In this document: positions 47,840 through 49,639 of the stretch, piece after piece
Layout of the letters: each line of letters starts with the position of its first letter
Numbering within the stretch: the first letter of the stretch is position 1
NCBI RefSeq assembly: GCF_001194135.2
Contig: NC_068982.1
Location: 46,126,214 to 46,175,852 of the forward strand
Length of the DNA: 49,639 bases
Origin: Octopus bimaculoides
Lineage: Eukaryota
Reading direction: 5' to 3'
Position numbers and translations under genes: made by a program
The notes under the pieces: model-generated
The model's input: the letters and a program-made list of their open reading frames with translations, nothing else
Databases searched by the model: none
What the model was told of the DNA's origin: nothing

Positions 47840-49039
47840 ATGCCGAATAGTGTATCTTCGTCTGGCGAAGAGTCAGCCGATGGAAAAAATATTGAAAGTT
47901 TATTGTTTGGAGATGTTTCAGATTCTTCTGAAGGTGAATCGCCAAAACCAACGAATTCTACTGTGAAAAGCCTTCAAACAGAAGGAAAACAAAAAAGAAG
48001 TTTTGCGTCGGCGGCTGGAGGTGGAACCCGCCAGCTGTCGACAAACAAAAGCAACCTACGAATGTTCAAAGACATAATTACAATTCAAGACGGTGTTGTC
48101 AAGATTCAACCCCCAGAGGATTATTTATTGTCGGAAAAAAAGAAAACCATCGTATACAAGACATACTGTAAAAAAGAAAGAAGAATTGAGCGAGTAAGCG
48201 AGGAGNNNNNNNNNNNNNNNNNNNNNNNNNNNNNNNNNNNNNNNNNNNNNNNNNNNNNNNNNNNNNNNNNNNNNNNNNNNNNNNNNNNNNNNNNNNNNNN
48301 NNNNNNNNNNNNNNNNNNNNNNNNNNNNNNNNNNNNNNNNNNNNNNNNNNNNNNNNNNNNNNNNNNNNNNNNNNNNNNNNNNNNNNNNNNNNNNNNNNNN
48401 NNNNNNNNNNNNNNNNNNNNNNNNNNNNNNNNNNNNNNNNNNNNNNNNNNNNNNNNNNNNNNNNNNNNNNNNNNNNNNNNNNNNNNNNNNNNNNNNNNNN
48501 NNNNNNNNNNNNNNNNNNNNNNNNNNNNNNNNNNNNNNNNNNNNNNNNNNNNNNNNNNNNNNNNNNNNNNNNNNNNNNNNNNNNNNNNNNNNNNNNNNNN
48601 NNNNNNNNNNNNNNNNNNNNNNNNNNNNNNNNNNNNNNNNNNNNNNNNNNNNATACTTCAGGCTATCGTCACCGAAAAAACATATTGGATCGGCCACACG
48701 GTCCACTTATTAATTCAAGAAGAACAGGCTGTAATTGAACAACTTCCAGAAAAAATAGAAGTTGGGGAGGAGTTGTTCCTCAACGTTTTTGTCGAGGGGC
48801 ATAAACCCCGATGTTTTCAGTGCGGTCAGATAGGCCATATAAAAAAATACTGTAAGGAAGGCGAGGAGGAATCTGAAGGTGAGGAGGAAGAGAAAGATAA
48901 AGAAACCGAAGGAAAGAAAATTACCAGTAAAAGAAAAATAGAAAATGCTAACCAAGTAAAACAAGTAGAACAACGACCAACAAAAGCAGCAAAAAGAAAC
49001 CGACCGCAAATAACAAGGAAAGAAGTGGAGGACAGATAA
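47840..49039 (+). CDS. LINE ORF1 (nucleic-acid-binding protein with zinc knuckle), partly in an N gap
   Basis: ATG at 47840; SFASAA motif; CFQCGQIGHIKKYC (CX2CX4HX4C); acidic and basic tracts. An overlapping frame 49021-49305 probably continues ORF1 after a frameshift. Confidence 0.8.
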   Translation: MPNSVSSSGEESADGKNIESLLFGDVSDSSEGESPKPTNSTVKSLQTEGKQKRSFASAAGGGTRQLSTNKSNLRMFKDIITIQDGVVKIQPPEDYLLSEKKKTIVYKTYCKKERRIERVSEEXXXXXXXXXXXXXXXXXXXXXXXXXXXXXXXXXXXXXXXXXXXXXXXXXXXXXXXXXXXXXXXXXXXXXXXXXXXXXXXXXXXXXXXXXXXXXXXXXXXXXXXXXXXXXXXXXXXXXXXXXXXXXXXXXXXXXXXXXXXXXXXXXXXXXILQAIVTEKTYWIGHTVHLLIQEEQAVIEQLPEKIEVGEELFLNVFVEGHKPRCFQCGQIGHIKKYCKEGEEESEGEEEEKDKETEGKKITSKRKIENANQVKQVEQRPTKAAKRNRPQITRKEVEDR

Positions 49040-49319
49040 TAGCACTTCACAGCAAAAATGTTGATTTAATGAGAGAAATAAAGGCAAAAAAATCAGCCAC
49101 CAGAATAGCAGAACTGTCTGAAAAATTTCAATATTATGAACTATACGAAATGGATTCAAAGACTCATAAGATTTTATTAAATACATACAGAACGTTTGTA
49201 TCGGCAATGAGACTGGAATTTAACCAGTCCATTTTTCAAGACTTGCCACCTCCGACCCTATGTCAAGAAAAGGTGGAGAGTCTCTCTCCACCGGACAAGC
49301 CCTGATTAACAGGTAAGAC

Positions 49320-49639
49320 ATGTCTGTTCACATTGGTTGTTTAAATGTTCGTGGCCTGTTGTCTAGCTGGAAGCAAGGACGCTTCCTAAATGACATCAGG
49401 TCAAGAAAATTAGATGTGATTGTTGCAACGGAAACCCGAGTATAGAGGCCAAGAGATCTGTCCCCCCTCCTGAACGGCTACGAGAAATACGTTTCTCCGA
49501 GTCGGGTGGGAGGTGGGGGTGGGGTGTTGGTCCTACTAAAAAGAAACCGGGTAACCGAGAAAAAATTGTTTTTTTCTGATCCAGAAGGCAGGCTGGTCGT
49601 TCTTGACCTGACATTCAGTTGTGGCAAGATAATCAGGCT
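49320..49639 (+). pseudogene. LINE ORF2 N-terminus (APE endonuclease) with an in-frame stop
   Basis: MSVHIGCLNVRGL...KLDVIVATETRV*...GGGVLVLLKR...SDPEGRLVVLDL. TAG at 49443-49445. Confidence 0.9.

Larger units (their letters stand above)
47663..49639 (+). mobile_element. L1/Tx1-like LINE, 5' part (runs past the window end), disrupted copy
   Basis: About 175-nt 5' UTR, then a gag-like ORF1 with a CCHC knuckle, then an APE-endonuclease ORF2. Confidence 0.9.

Overview
Repeat-rich, gapped animal genomic DNA. The SINE, microsatellite and transposon content suggests a coleoid cephalopod such as Octopus (inference). No intact host gene is recognisable, although two plus-strand candidate exons and one minus-strand protein-like frame are noted. 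The window contains: about 25 copies or fragments of tRNA-derived SINEs (labelled A-D here, several with clear target-site duplications, TSDs); a near full-length decayed Tc1/mariner element; an internally deleted mariner; an R4/Dong-like LINE remnant; and the 5' part of an L1/Tx1-like LINE (ORF1 with a CCHC knuckle, plus the start of an APE-endonuclease ORF2). The most notable signal, which the ORF track does not show, is a set of type I hammerhead ribozyme (HHR) motifs from several apparently unrelated repeats. These include an extended HHR at 2467-2567 (-), minimal Penelope-type HHRs at 18420, 22808 and 43002, and a roughly 620-bp foldback element (43609-44229) whose 178-bp inverted arms each carry an outward-pointing HHR. 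One arm's core is intact and the other has a G12A change. Almost all ORFs in the supplied track are microsatellite or N-gap artefacts. All calls were made by eye, without searches or folding programs.
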